Below are positions 30,384-40,291 of a stretch of DNA of 64,000 nt, piece by piece. The stretch spans positions 1,701 through 65,700 of the forward strand of contig CAZCAQ010000003.1 of assembly GCA_964496905.1 (NCBI GenBank), read 5' to 3'. Position 1 is the first letter of the stretch; every line of letters starts with the position of its first letter. The position numbers and the translations under genes were made by a program. The DNA comes from an uncultured Candidatus Saccharibacteria bacterium (lineage in GTDB: Bacteria; Patescibacteriota; WWE3; UBA101185; UBA10185). The notes under the pieces are model-generated. The model worked only from the letters and a program-made list of their open reading frames with translations, searched no databases and was not told the DNA's origin.

Positions 30384-31016
30384 ATGGATTACAAAACTGA
30401 CTATAAATTCGGCACACTTATTTCTCCCGTATTTACTACAACACTAAATAGGCTCTGTTTTAATAAAAAAGTTTTGGATGTTGGATGCGGTACAGGTGAT
30501 TATATACAATTTTTCGGTAAAGACTCGCTAGGCCTAGATATTTCTCCCGAAAATATTGCAGAAGCAAAAAAAAGAGATCTAAATGTTAAAAGTTTTGACT
30601 TTAACTCGCCTACAAATCTTGATGAAAAATTTGACGTTGCATTTTGTTCACAAGTATTGGAGCATGTTGAATCGCCAATCGCCCTATTAAGGTTTATATA
30701 TAGTTCCTTAAATGAAAATGGTAGCTTACTAATTTCAGTACCAAATGAGCAAAGCATAATTCACCTAAAGTATCCTTATTTTACAAAAAACGGCAATCAT
30801 CTGTATAGTTTTTCGGTAAACAACTTAAAAGAATTATTACTTGTTGCAGGATTTGTACCCACAGAAGTAATTTATGACTACTACACTATACAAATACGCA
30901 AGTTAAAACTAGATTCAGTACTTTGCTTATTAAACTATTTACCGAGTATACTTAAAAATAGATTGGCATGGTCCTATTGGATTATAGCTACCCGATCGCC
31001 AATTAAAAACAGCTAA
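30384..31016 (+). CDS. Class I SAM-dependent methyltransferase
   Basis: VLDVGCGTG, FD..CSQVLEHV, SVPN, HLYSF. Confidence 0.88.
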   Translation: MDYKTDYKFGTLISPVFTTTLNRLCFNKKVLDVGCGTGDYIQFFGKDSLGLDISPENIAEAKKRDLNVKSFDFNSPTNLDEKFDVAFCSQVLEHVESPIALLRFIYSSLNENGSLLISVPNEQSIIHLKYPYFTKNGNHLYSFSVNNLKELLLVAGFVPTEVIYDYYTIQIRKLKLDSVLCLLNYLPSILKNRLAWSYWIIATRSPIKNS

Positions 31017-31036
31017 AGTTACAATTTAGAAAGGAT

Positions 31037-31786
31037 TTGACAATGATTAGTAAAACAAGATGGAAAGAAGCTCAAGAGTTTGAACTTAATGATTGGAAAA
31101 ATGAGGCTGATATTATGCAAAAAGAGTGGGATGAAGCTTTTAAAAAATTTAACGCTTATTTTGGCGAACTTGAACAAAAGCTTGGCGTTACAGAAAATTG
31201 GAAAATTTTAGATATTGGTTGCAATGTAACATGTGTTTCTCGCATGATAAAAGAAGGCGAACATATTGGCGTTGAACCATTGGCCGATGCACTGGACTTA
31301 AACTCTAAAGTTGAAGGCATAACAATTCATAATGGAATGGGTGAAGATATGCCATTTTTAACTACTGGCTCTATAGACCTTGCCATTTGTAGAAATGTAA
31401 TTGATCATACGCATGTTCCTGAAAAAGTCATAGATGAGGTTGTTCGTGTTTTAAAGCCTGAGGGGTACTTTTTTCTTGCGTGCTATGTTTATAATCCTTT
31501 TATAACTTTTGTAAAAAACTTTGGTGAGGCCGTTAAGATTTTGCGAAATGTGGGACACCCTCACACTTACACAATGGAAACTTTAGAAGATCTTGTTAAT
31601 AAAGACTTTAAAATAATAGATCGAAAAGTTATTTACGAAGGAGTAGATCCAAACGATTTTGGTAAAATTGATGAAAACAAAGGCAATTTATCAGCAATTC
31701 AAAAATCGGTAATGTTTGTAAACGACAAAGTATTGCGGAATAAGTGGTTTGTAAGAGAATACTCCCTACTCTGTCAAAGAATATGA
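31037..31786 (+). CDS. Class I SAM-dependent methyltransferase
   Basis: ILDIGC, GVEPL, GEDMPF, NVIDH, RVLKPEG, HPH. Confidence 0.8.
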   Translation: MTMISKTRWKEAQEFELNDWKNEADIMQKEWDEAFKKFNAYFGELEQKLGVTENWKILDIGCNVTCVSRMIKEGEHIGVEPLADALDLNSKVEGITIHNGMGEDMPFLTTGSIDLAICRNVIDHTHVPEKVIDEVVRVLKPEGYFFLACYVYNPFITFVKNFGEAVKILRNVGHPHTYTMETLEDLVNKDFKIIDRKVIYEGVDPNDFGKIDENKGNLSAIQKSVMFVNDKVLRNKWFVREYSLLCQRI

Positions 31787-32973
31787 AATCGGTTCTTTTT
31801 TTGTTTGCGCAACTTCTTGATTCTTCAGCAGCCGCAAGTGGCGGAGATGTGCTGAGCAAAAAAATCGTAGATTACATGTCACAAGACTCTGACTTTAAAG
31901 TCGAGCTTATTGTGCCAAAAGTAGCACAAACCAGTTTTTCATTGCAAAATGCTCAAATTTGGCCTATTGGGGAGTCTTACCTTGAAAAGCGGTTTTATAA
32001 TTTTAATAAAATTTGGCAAATTTTGCCTTTGTACGTAGCTAGAGCCGTTGAAGCACTTCAAACAATCAACAAACTTTCGGTAGATATAGTGGTAACAACT
32101 GGAGATTTTTTTTGCAATGTTATTCCAGCTTGGTTTTATAAGGTAAAGCATAGTAATACACAGTGGGTAGCTTATGTTTATCATGTTAATTCAAACCCTT
32201 TTACACGGAAAAACTATTTTTTTCGCAGTCTAGTTTCTTATTGCATACAGCGCATCAGCTTTGTCTTTATTGTAAACAGAGCAGATGTGCTTTTTGTGTT
32301 GAACAAAGCCGTTTTTGATTATTTTAAAAAAAGAGGCTATAAAGGCGAATTAATAATTTCCGGAGCTGGAATCGATGTTGCTGCTATTAGTCTAGAAATT
32401 AAAAATATAGGTCAACAGAAAAAAGAAAATAAAATAGTCTTTTTAGGTCGGGTTAATCCTTCTAAAGGAGTTTTTGATCTTCCAGCCATTATGGAGCAAC
32501 TACTACTTAAAAACCCGGCGCTTAAGCTTGATATAATCGGTACTTCGGATAGTGAAACTAAAGCAAAGCTCGAACAGGCATTTGTCGATAAAAGGTGCCT
32601 TACGAAAGTGACTTTTCACGGTTTTTTGCCTAGACCCGACGTTCTGCGCTTAGTTAGCACTGCGCAGGTATTTACATTTCCGTCATATGAGGAAGGGTGG
32701 GGAATAGTGCTATTTGAGAGTATACTTGCGGGTACAATTCCAGTTGTATACGACTTGCCTGTATTTAAAGAACTATTTGCAGACGCTATAAGCTCGGCAC
32801 CGGTAGGAGATATTCAAGTCTTTTCTACAAAAGTTGATGAGGTATTACTATATGAGTCCTCTACATATGGTAGCAAGCTTGATGATTTAATAAAAATTGT
32901 AGAAAAACACGACATGTTACAAGTATATGAAACACAAAAAAAAGTACTACTTAAACTAAAGTCTAACGCTTAA
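31783..32973 (+). CDS. GT4 glycosyltransferase
   Basis: SGGD, GRVNPSKG, EEGWGIVLFES, YDLP. ATG 31783 overlaps the upstream TGA (ATGA). Confidence 0.85.
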   Translation: MKSVLFLFAQLLDSSAAASGGDVLSKKIVDYMSQDSDFKVELIVPKVAQTSFSLQNAQIWPIGESYLEKRFYNFNKIWQILPLYVARAVEALQTINKLSVDIVVTTGDFFCNVIPAWFYKVKHSNTQWVAYVYHVNSNPFTRKNYFFRSLVSYCIQRISFVFIVNRADVLFVLNKAVFDYFKKRGYKGELIISGAGIDVAAISLEIKNIGQQKKENKIVFLGRVNPSKGVFDLPAIMEQLLLKNPALKLDIIGTSDSETKAKLEQAFVDKRCLTKVTFHGFLPRPDVLRLVSTAQVFTFPSYEEGWGIVLFESILAGTIPVVYDLPVFKELFADAISSAPVGDIQVFSTKVDEVLLYESSTYGSKLDDLIKIVEKHDMLQVYETQKKVLLKLKSNA

Positions 32974-32976
32974 CTT

Positions 32977-35900
32977 ATGAAACAAACCATTATTAAATAT
33001 ACAAAAACAATAGTAGTGCCTCTTTTACTTTATAGTGCAGTAACTTTCTTTCTGCTACATAAAACACTTTTATCAGAAGGAATAATCACGGGCAGTGATT
33101 GGGCAATTCCAGCTACTTCACTACAAGCTGAAAATTACTTTTATAGCAGTTTTTCTACTTGGACAACATTAGGTGGACTTGCTGGCGGATTTAAATCTTT
33201 TTTGACCGACATACCAGTAAGCACTTTCTTTTTTGCTTTAAGCAAGGCTGGGTTTTCTGGAGCTGCAATTTCCAAGATCTTTTTATCAGTAACTTATGTC
33301 ATGGCAGGTTTAGGTATGTATTACCATTTAAGGTATCAAAAGCTAGGTTATGGTATGGCCTTTTTAGGTGGTTTATTGTACATAACTGCTCCATTTTTTT
33401 TTAATTTTACAGTAATAGGTTGGATTTACGCCTTGCTGGGCATGGCATTATTTCCAGTTTATTTAACTGTCCTAGATAAGTCAGTTCGCGAGAAAAAGTT
33501 ATATTTGGCTGTAGCTGCTGGTTTAATTTTTACATTGGCTATGGTTCAATCCACATCTTTATTGTGGTTTAGCGTTGGGACAGGTTCTTTGATGCTTAGT
33601 TATATTAGTGACAGAGTTCAAATTAAAAATTATATAAATTCACTTTTGTGCGTCGGAGTTGTGTTAGTTATTACAAACATATTTTGGTTAGTTAATATTT
33701 TTGGTGATGCAACAGTTACAGGGTCGTCAAATGTGTTAAGTAGTGTAAGTACAGGCACGTGGTCTCGGTTATCAGTTCTTAACATCATTAGGGGTTGGGG
33801 CACATTGTTTAACTATTCTTTCGAAAGTGCATTCGAAAAATCTTTAGTGGCTTTCTCGTTTGTTATGCCTATAGTGTTAGCAGCATATTCATATTTTGTA
33901 AAAGAAGGGCTTAAGATCAAAAAACTTACATATTTAACACTATATCTATTCCCGATTGTATTATTTTTTCTAGGACAAGGTGTTGTATCTAGTATTCCAT
34001 TCGGTAATGTTTTTAGAGATGGGGGAAGAATTTCAGTCACAAGCACTTTTAGCTTAGTTGCATTATCTGTATTGGGATTAAATTATCTTAAAAAAAACAA
34101 GTATTACGGACTTTTTCTTGTGCTGTTAGTGTGCCTGTTAATTAACATGCATCCATTTTTGCGAGGTGACATTTGGAAAGATCAAGAGTACGAAAGTGAT
34201 ATTAGACTACGTACGTACGAATATAATAAAGAGTATGACAAGGTTGAGGCCTACTTAGCTCAAGATGGAAAAACATCCAAGGCTTTATATTTTCCAATTA
34301 CATCGTCTATAGAGGATTTCTCTGACAATGACTTTAGAGGCACTTACAAAGAAATGGCATATTTATATGCAAACATGGCTCCGGTACCAGGTAGCGTTTA
34401 TATATCAGACAAGGAAAAAGATGGTATAAATGGTTTTTACCGGTCCCTCTCTGATGAGATTAAGTGGAATTTTGACAAAGTAGAGCCAACTATTTTCGAC
34501 ATGGTGAATTTTAAGTATTTAGTGTTCTATAAAAAATCCATGGTTGCTACTGATTGGGAAGTTTACTCCAAAGTACAAAAAAGTGAGAATTTTGAAGACA
34601 TAACGACAAAGATTCTAGGTGCAGATCACGATGCAATAGCCGTGTTTAAAATTAAAACACCCAGTCAAGAAATTACAAGTCCAAAAAGTGTGTATATTAC
34701 TAATTCCTCTATAACAAAAGATATTCAGATGCAAACATTAATTAAGAAAAATGGGGTTGCTTTATTTCACCCAACACCCCCAATAAAATCAACAAGTGGC
34801 CTAGATATTGTTGAGGCCGAAAGAATTGATGACTACAAATTACTTAACTACACAAAAAAGGCTACTGACATTTGGGGTTGGCCCAGCGTAAACAACGTCC
34901 CTGGAACTTTTAAATATAGATTAGTCTTAACAAAAGAAAGAATTAATGAGTTTAAAGCTGAAGACGGCTTCGATAAAGTCGATGCTTTGTTGTGGCATGC
35001 GCTAAAAAGAACACAGGAGATACAAAAATATCAAAACACAGATCACACTCAACAATTTGAATCTTTTTCGAATAAGTACGAACAAATTAAGACTGAACTG
35101 GGAACAATTCCAGTTACTGAACGTAAACAACCCTTTTATTCTTCAGTAAATAAGGTTGGATTTTATTTAAAAGAACTTCAGAATATTCAAGGTTTTGAAA
35201 ATTATTTTAAAGATTATAAAGTATTTGTGAATGGGCTTAACTTAATTACTTGCGAGGGTATATGTTATGAAAAAAATATTGATTCCAAGACTACAGTTCC
35301 TATTTTTATTGACGAAACAGAAATTACTACACAGCAGCTTGTTTTTGCAAAAGACACAATTGTATTGAATCACATTGAAGAAATTTTAGTAACAGATGAG
35401 GATTACAAAGCTAGTGGCACCTTTATAAAAGATTTTGGCGAGAAGAACAATCTGTTTAGTTATGTAAATATTGCCGAGAGAATTGTATCCTCAGATATTT
35501 TTAAGAACTTATATATATCCCTAGTGGGCGCAAAGATAGTCGAGTTACCAAGTCTTACCAAAGGCAAAACCTATAGAGTTGATTTTGACTACTATACTTC
35601 TGCAACGCCGATTAAGATCGTATTTATTGAGGATCTCTTAATTGCTAAAGAGGACTTTGATGTCAAAAATGGCAAAAATAATTTTAGCTACCAACCTGTT
35701 GTTACTTCTATGACATCAATCTCTCCGGAAGATCTTGATTCTAGAGACGCTGAAAAACTAGCTCATTTTACAGCAAGGTTCGAGCCCACAGCAATGTCAA
35801 AAAGAACATATTTGTTTATATCTGATGGCATAAATAAAACAAATGCCAGTGAGCAAAAAATTCTAAATTTTAAAGTGACAAAAGAAGATAACGGAAGGCT

Positions 35901-36306
35901 CTTTTTAGCAAAAAAAGAGCCAGAAAAAGCTGTCACACAGCAAACCATAAAGTTTGATAAGCAATCACGTACGCGGTATATAGGCAGAATAGAAAAGCCC
36001 TCAGGGAATTTTGCAATAATCTTAAAGCAAAGGTTCCACCCTGGTTGGGAACTTAAATTACTAAATAAAGTACCTGGTCGTAAATCAGTGACCCCCAAAC
36101 ATTATGCCGCAAATGGATATGCAAACGGTTGGATTGTTGATAGCTCTAGTTTTACAAAAAACGAACCACTAAATTTTGTAATAGAATTTAAGCCTCAGCG
36201 TAAAACCGAAGTTTTGATGGTTATTTCAGGGTTGTTTATTGTTGCTTTTATTTATATAGTTTTAAAGGGTATTTATTTAGACTCTAAAAAGCCAAGTACT
36301 AAATGA
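32977..36306 (+). CDS. Very large membrane protein: N-terminal GT-C-like polytopic domain, long extracytoplasmic region and C-terminal TM (AftD/YfhO-like architecture)
   Basis: About 12 TMs in the first ~400 aa with a GSDW loop; C-terminal RFHPGW...HYAANGYANGW...FKPQ plus TM. Confidence 0.6.
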   Translation: MKQTIIKYTKTIVVPLLLYSAVTFFLLHKTLLSEGIITGSDWAIPATSLQAENYFYSSFSTWTTLGGLAGGFKSFLTDIPVSTFFFALSKAGFSGAAISKIFLSVTYVMAGLGMYYHLRYQKLGYGMAFLGGLLYITAPFFFNFTVIGWIYALLGMALFPVYLTVLDKSVREKKLYLAVAAGLIFTLAMVQSTSLLWFSVGTGSLMLSYISDRVQIKNYINSLLCVGVVLVITNIFWLVNIFGDATVTGSSNVLSSVSTGTWSRLSVLNIIRGWGTLFNYSFESAFEKSLVAFSFVMPIVLAAYSYFVKEGLKIKKLTYLTLYLFPIVLFFLGQGVVSSIPFGNVFRDGGRISVTSTFSLVALSVLGLNYLKKNKYYGLFLVLLVCLLINMHPFLRGDIWKDQEYESDIRLRTYEYNKEYDKVEAYLAQDGKTSKALYFPITSSIEDFSDNDFRGTYKEMAYLYANMAPVPGSVYISDKEKDGINGFYRSLSDEIKWNFDKVEPTIFDMVNFKYLVFYKKSMVATDWEVYSKVQKSENFEDITTKILGADHDAIAVFKIKTPSQEITSPKSVYITNSSITKDIQMQTLIKKNGVALFHPTPPIKSTSGLDIVEAERIDDYKLLNYTKKATDIWGWPSVNNVPGTFKYRLVLTKERINEFKAEDGFDKVDALLWHALKRTQEIQKYQNTDHTQQFESFSNKYEQIKTELGTIPVTERKQPFYSSVNKVGFYLKELQNIQGFENYFKDYKVFVNGLNLITCEGICYEKNIDSKTTVPIFIDETEITTQQLVFAKDTIVLNHIEEILVTDEDYKASGTFIKDFGEKNNLFSYVNIAERIVSSDIFKNLYISLVGAKIVELPSLTKGKTYRVDFDYYTSATPIKIVFIEDLLIAKEDFDVKNGKNNFSYQPVVTSMTSISPEDLDSRDAEKLAHFTARFEPTAMSKRTYLFISDGINKTNASEQKILNFKVTKEDNGRLFLAKKEPEKAVTQQTIKFDKQSRTRYIGRIEKPSGNFAIILKQRFHPGWELKLLNKVPGRKSVTPKHYAANGYANGWIVDSSSFTKNEPLNFVIEFKPQRKTEVLMVISGLFIVAFIYIVLKGIYLDSKKPSTK

Positions 36307-37907
36307 TTATATTAGGTGGTTTAGGTGATCAAATCACAACTTTAGTTTGGGGAACCGTTTCTAAGCCTTTTTTTTCATTTTTAAATTCAGGCTTTGCCGA
36401 ATTCCCACAATATGAAAAATTATTTTGGGATTTTTTGCACCCCTTGCAATCAAACCAGCCTTTAACTTGGTTCTTATACTCTGTACTAATTTCTATTCTT
36501 GGCGCAGGCGGTTATAACTTAATTTTACTTATCAATTTGTTATTAAGTTTTGTATGCGCCTTAGTATTGTTTCGCAAATACAGGTTCTCTTTTGTTTATG
36601 CAGCCATTTTCACCTTTTCTGGCTATATGTGGTCACATTTAGGTTTACATCCAGACTTGATTCAACTATGGCCGATTCCGCTATATTTGTATTTTTTGCT
36701 TGAAAAGCAGAATATGTCAGATTTAAAAAAAAGTATTGTTTTAGCTATGCTAGCTTCGCTGACGCTTGCTTTGTCTAATTACTATGGTTATTTTTTGCTA
36801 ATAACTACAGTTTTCTATGCTGTTATTTGTTTATTTACACTGTTACTCCAAAAAAACAAACTCTCGCTCAATCAAGTACGTAATGCGTTAATTTGGGTTG
36901 GTATAGTACTAGTCTTAAGTTCTACTTTTTTGTATCCCTATATCTCGGCAAACTATTTAACAAAAACAGAGAAGGTAACATTAAACACGCGATTAGCTCT
37001 TGATCGCCCGTATGCGGATTTTTTTACATTTAGTTCAAGACCTTGGTATTTTTTTATTCCATCGCCAAACAATCCTGTATATGGAAATTTATCTGAAAAT
37101 GTATTAACCAAGCTTAAAGATACAAACTATTTTTTGGCAGATGATTACTTTACAGCTGAACATGGTGCAAATTTTTTTGGGTTTATGTTTTTGACTTCAG
37201 TTTTGCTGAGTAGCGTTTTTATGTTTATTAAGACCAAAGGGGATGCGCGTGTAAAGATTGCCCAATTATTCATTTTGCTGTTCTTCCTCTTTTTGTATAT
37301 GCTTCCTCCATTTTTTACTCTTTCTGGAATAAAAATTTATACTCCAGGCCACTTAGCATTTACATATTTCCCCATGTTTAGGGTAACGGCGCGGATTTCT
37401 ATAATAATTTTGCCCATATTACTGCTAATTCTGGCAACAAACATAAACTACATCTGGCTCCATTTTGAGCGGTGGAGGAAATCACTAAAAGTAGCCATGG
37501 TTGCTATGCTACTAGTAACATTGATAGAAGTTTTTAGTATGCCTCCATTACCATCAGCACCTAGTGTCCCAGAGGTTTATACATTTCTCAATAAACATAG
37601 TGACACACGGGCAACCTTTTTTGTTTACCCCTATTCCAAAACCCAAGAGGCGCTGTATTTTTTAAGTGAACATGAAAGATTTTTACTCAATCCTCGTGAT
37701 TACAATTCTGCACAAGTTGCTTCCGAACACATTACTCTAAGATTTGCATCTGATGGTGGGTATGAAGATGTATTAAAATTAAACCCAGACTATATTGTTG
37801 TATTTAAAAACATATCACCTAAGGAAAAAGCAAAAATACTTTCAAGTAAGGAGTTTGAACTTGAACAAGAATTTTCGGATGCATATTTACTAAAAGTTGT
37901 AGAATAA
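36303..37907 (+). CDS. Polytopic membrane protein, GT-C/YfhO-like
   Basis: GD motif near the N-terminus, YYG, FPMFRVTARI, VYTFL; many TMs. Confidence 0.55.
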   Translation: MIILGGLGDQITTLVWGTVSKPFFSFLNSGFAEFPQYEKLFWDFLHPLQSNQPLTWFLYSVLISILGAGGYNLILLINLLLSFVCALVLFRKYRFSFVYAAIFTFSGYMWSHLGLHPDLIQLWPIPLYLYFLLEKQNMSDLKKSIVLAMLASLTLALSNYYGYFLLITTVFYAVICLFTLLLQKNKLSLNQVRNALIWVGIVLVLSSTFLYPYISANYLTKTEKVTLNTRLALDRPYADFFTFSSRPWYFFIPSPNNPVYGNLSENVLTKLKDTNYFLADDYFTAEHGANFFGFMFLTSVLLSSVFMFIKTKGDARVKIAQLFILLFFLFLYMLPPFFTLSGIKIYTPGHLAFTYFPMFRVTARISIIILPILLLILATNINYIWLHFERWRKSLKVAMVAMLLVTLIEVFSMPPLPSAPSVPEVYTFLNKHSDTRATFFVYPYSKTQEALYFLSEHERFLLNPRDYNSAQVASEHITLRFASDGGYEDVLKLNPDYIVVFKNISPKEKAKILSSKEFELEQEFSDAYLLKVVE

Positions 37908-37911
37908 ACAT

Positions 37912-39354
37912 ATGAAGAATTTTATGTTAATTTTTTTGAGCGGTTTTTTAGTTTATTTTGGCTCATTCATGTTTGTCTATTTTTCTGGACTTAACACTTT
38001 GCCAATTCAATCCGAAGATACAGTGCCCGCAATGTTTATTCCAGTTACTTTGCTAAAAGAAGGCACTTTTTATGCTGATACATACTACGATATGATGCTT
38101 GATCGGTATCCGCATCCTGATGATAGAAATGGAAAGGATGGGCTAGTTCCGTTTTATATTAAACGCATCCAAAGTAACGAAAGCGCACCTTGCCAAAAGC
38201 TTCCCGCTGGTATGACCGCGACTTGTTTTAAAACGCACTACGTCACCGCATTCACACTAACACCGGGAATACTTGCAACTCCTGTTTATTTGCCTGCACT
38301 GCTAGCTGGTATGCAGATTACTTGGGAAAATCTCATACTGTTATCACACATGGCTGCAGCTTTAATAATGTCATTTTCCGGGGGTTTTATGTACATTCTG
38401 CTTAAAAAGCATTTTTTTCCGCAACCCGATCAAGACAAAAAAGCGATCTTTTTAACCTCAATTTATCTTTTTGCCACAGTTAACTTTGCTATGCTTTCAC
38501 AGTCTTTGTGGCAACACGGAGCATTGCAGCTGTTTACAATTGCGGGGCTGATATTTTTGTTAAATGCGCTAAAAAACCAAAAACCTGCTCATTTTGCACT
38601 TTTTGGATTCTTTTTGTCGCTAGCAGTAATTACGCGTCCAACTGCGGCATTGTTTGCAGTTTTGTTATATTTACTAATTCCGCTCACACTAAAAAAGCAA
38701 GGCATAAAACCCACTATTTACACTTTTTTGGGAGTTTTGCCTGTTGTAGCATTTTTTGTTTGGTACACGCTTGTATATTACGGAGGTTTTTCAAATAATG
38801 GATACGCTTCGCAAATGGGGAACAGCTGGATCTCTCCACTTTGGGAGGGCTTTTTGGGCATTTGGGTGTCTCCTAGCAAAGGCATTTTGATTTACTCGCC
38901 TGTTTTGTTCTTTTCACTAGTTGGCGCATATAAAGCCTTTAAAAACAAATCTTTGGAAAATCGGCCACTTTTTTTGCTCAGCGTCGTAATCATCGTTTTG
39001 CACACTTTAGTAATGGGGAAGTGGAAACACTGGTTTGGAGGTTTTTCTTTTGGTTACCGCCTAGCGAGCGATGTTTTGCCATTTTTTATAATTTTGCTCG
39101 CTTCCTATGTTTTGTCTGATTTGTATGCGCGCACCCGCAAAGTGTTTTATGTATTATTTGCGTTTTCAGTTGGAGTTCAGCTGATGGGAATGGTGTTTTT
39201 TGATGGAATTTGGCACAACGCTTACGATATGGGTTTTAAGGATACTCGCTGGCTTTGGTCGTTGCAGGATTCCGAGGCTGCTTTTAATGTTCGTCGGGTG
39301 TTAGTGAAGTCAGGGTATCTGGAGCGAGCGTGTCCGGAGTGTCTGCCGAATTAG
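37912..39354 (+). CDS. GT-C fold membrane glycosyltransferase-like protein
   Basis: SEDT loop, SQSLWQH, TRP, SPSKGILIYSP, WFGGFSFGYRL. Confidence 0.65.
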   Translation: MKNFMLIFLSGFLVYFGSFMFVYFSGLNTLPIQSEDTVPAMFIPVTLLKEGTFYADTYYDMMLDRYPHPDDRNGKDGLVPFYIKRIQSNESAPCQKLPAGMTATCFKTHYVTAFTLTPGILATPVYLPALLAGMQITWENLILLSHMAAALIMSFSGGFMYILLKKHFFPQPDQDKKAIFLTSIYLFATVNFAMLSQSLWQHGALQLFTIAGLIFLLNALKNQKPAHFALFGFFLSLAVITRPTAALFAVLLYLLIPLTLKKQGIKPTIYTFLGVLPVVAFFVWYTLVYYGGFSNNGYASQMGNSWISPLWEGFLGIWVSPSKGILIYSPVLFFSLVGAYKAFKNKSLENRPLFLLSVVIIVLHTLVMGKWKHWFGGFSFGYRLASDVLPFFIILLASYVLSDLYARTRKVFYVLFAFSVGVQLMGMVFFDGIWHNAYDMGFKDTRWLWSLQDSEAAFNVRRVLVKSGYLERACPECLPN

Positions 39355-40264
39355 TTTGCAATTTTTCAAATAGTAACTTTGCAGCTTCAACTGCTTTGGT
39401 ATGTTTAGCGTCTACTTTTTTCCTAAATTTTGTATCAGTAAATCTCTTCCTGAGTAAATCCTTATTAGAAGTAACATCATGAAAGGCATCCCCAATATAG
39501 TCCAATAAGTTTCCGTCGTTAATTTTGTCTGCGGCTTCCAGATCTCCACTTAGTAGTGCAAGAGTAGAAAAACAATACAGCGTATCTCTTACTTCTTGCT
39601 TCTCGTAATCATGTTCTTTGCTTATATTAACGATTATTGTAGATATTGTGAAATAAGTGAGCAGTGCTTCCCAAATATAATCTGGTGCATCATTCCTAAT
39701 TGAACTACAGAATGCTTCAACATGTGCTTGCATTTCTTGCGCATATCTTAAGTCAAAAAGAGTCTTTTGGATTTGATCTACTAAGTCATTGTTTTCTTCC
39801 GTTTTTCTCGCCGCATCTCGTACAGCAGACAGCCTATGCTCAACTGTAGCTGAGCCTAACTTCTGCTCTTGCATTCTGTGAACTGCCTCGTGTGTCAGAT
39901 TATATCTTCTGAATTCCTCCAACCCCTCCCCTCGACTTAGGTCCAAAAGTGATCGTAGATACTCTCTGTATATTGGATGTGCATTTGAGAGCTTGTCAAA
40001 ATTAGCTTCATTAAAGGTTTGATACTGCTTTAATAATTCTGAGGATAGTTGTTCTGGTGTAGCACTAATTAAAAAATATGGGTTCTCCTCTGTTCCAATA
40101 ATGACACCTTCAAAATCGTTTGGGTCATGAAATTTCCACCTTGTGAAACTTCCATAAGTGCCTTTAGCTACCGAGGCATCGCTTAAGTTTGCATGTAATG
40201 TTCTATCTGCAACTTCAATTGATTCAGGTGAAACGGTGGCAATAGTTTGAATGGTGTCACTCAC
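39284..40264 (-). CDS. Hypothetical protein with HExxH zinc-metallopeptidase-like motif
   Basis: THEAVHRMQE...EMQAH. GTG 40264 is preferred because TATAAT (40276-40271) lies 6 nt upstream and this start removes the overlap with the next gene. Confidence 0.6.
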   Translation of the reverse strand: MSDTIQTIATVSPESIEVADRTLHANLSDASVAKGTYGSFTRWKFHDPNDFEGVIIGTEENPYFLISATPEQLSSELLKQYQTFNEANFDKLSNAHPIYREYLRSLLDLSRGEGLEEFRRYNLTHEAVHRMQEQKLGSATVEHRLSAVRDAARKTEENNDLVDQIQKTLFDLRYAQEMQAHVEAFCSSIRNDAPDYIWEALLTYFTISTIIVNISKEHDYEKQEVRDTLYCFSTLALLSGDLEAADKINDGNLLDYIGDAFHDVTSNKDLLRKRFTDTKFRKKVDAKHTKAVEAAKLLFEKLQTNSADTPDTLAPDTLTSLTPDEH

Positions 40265-40291
40265 TCTAGTATTATAAGATTGGCGTAAGCA

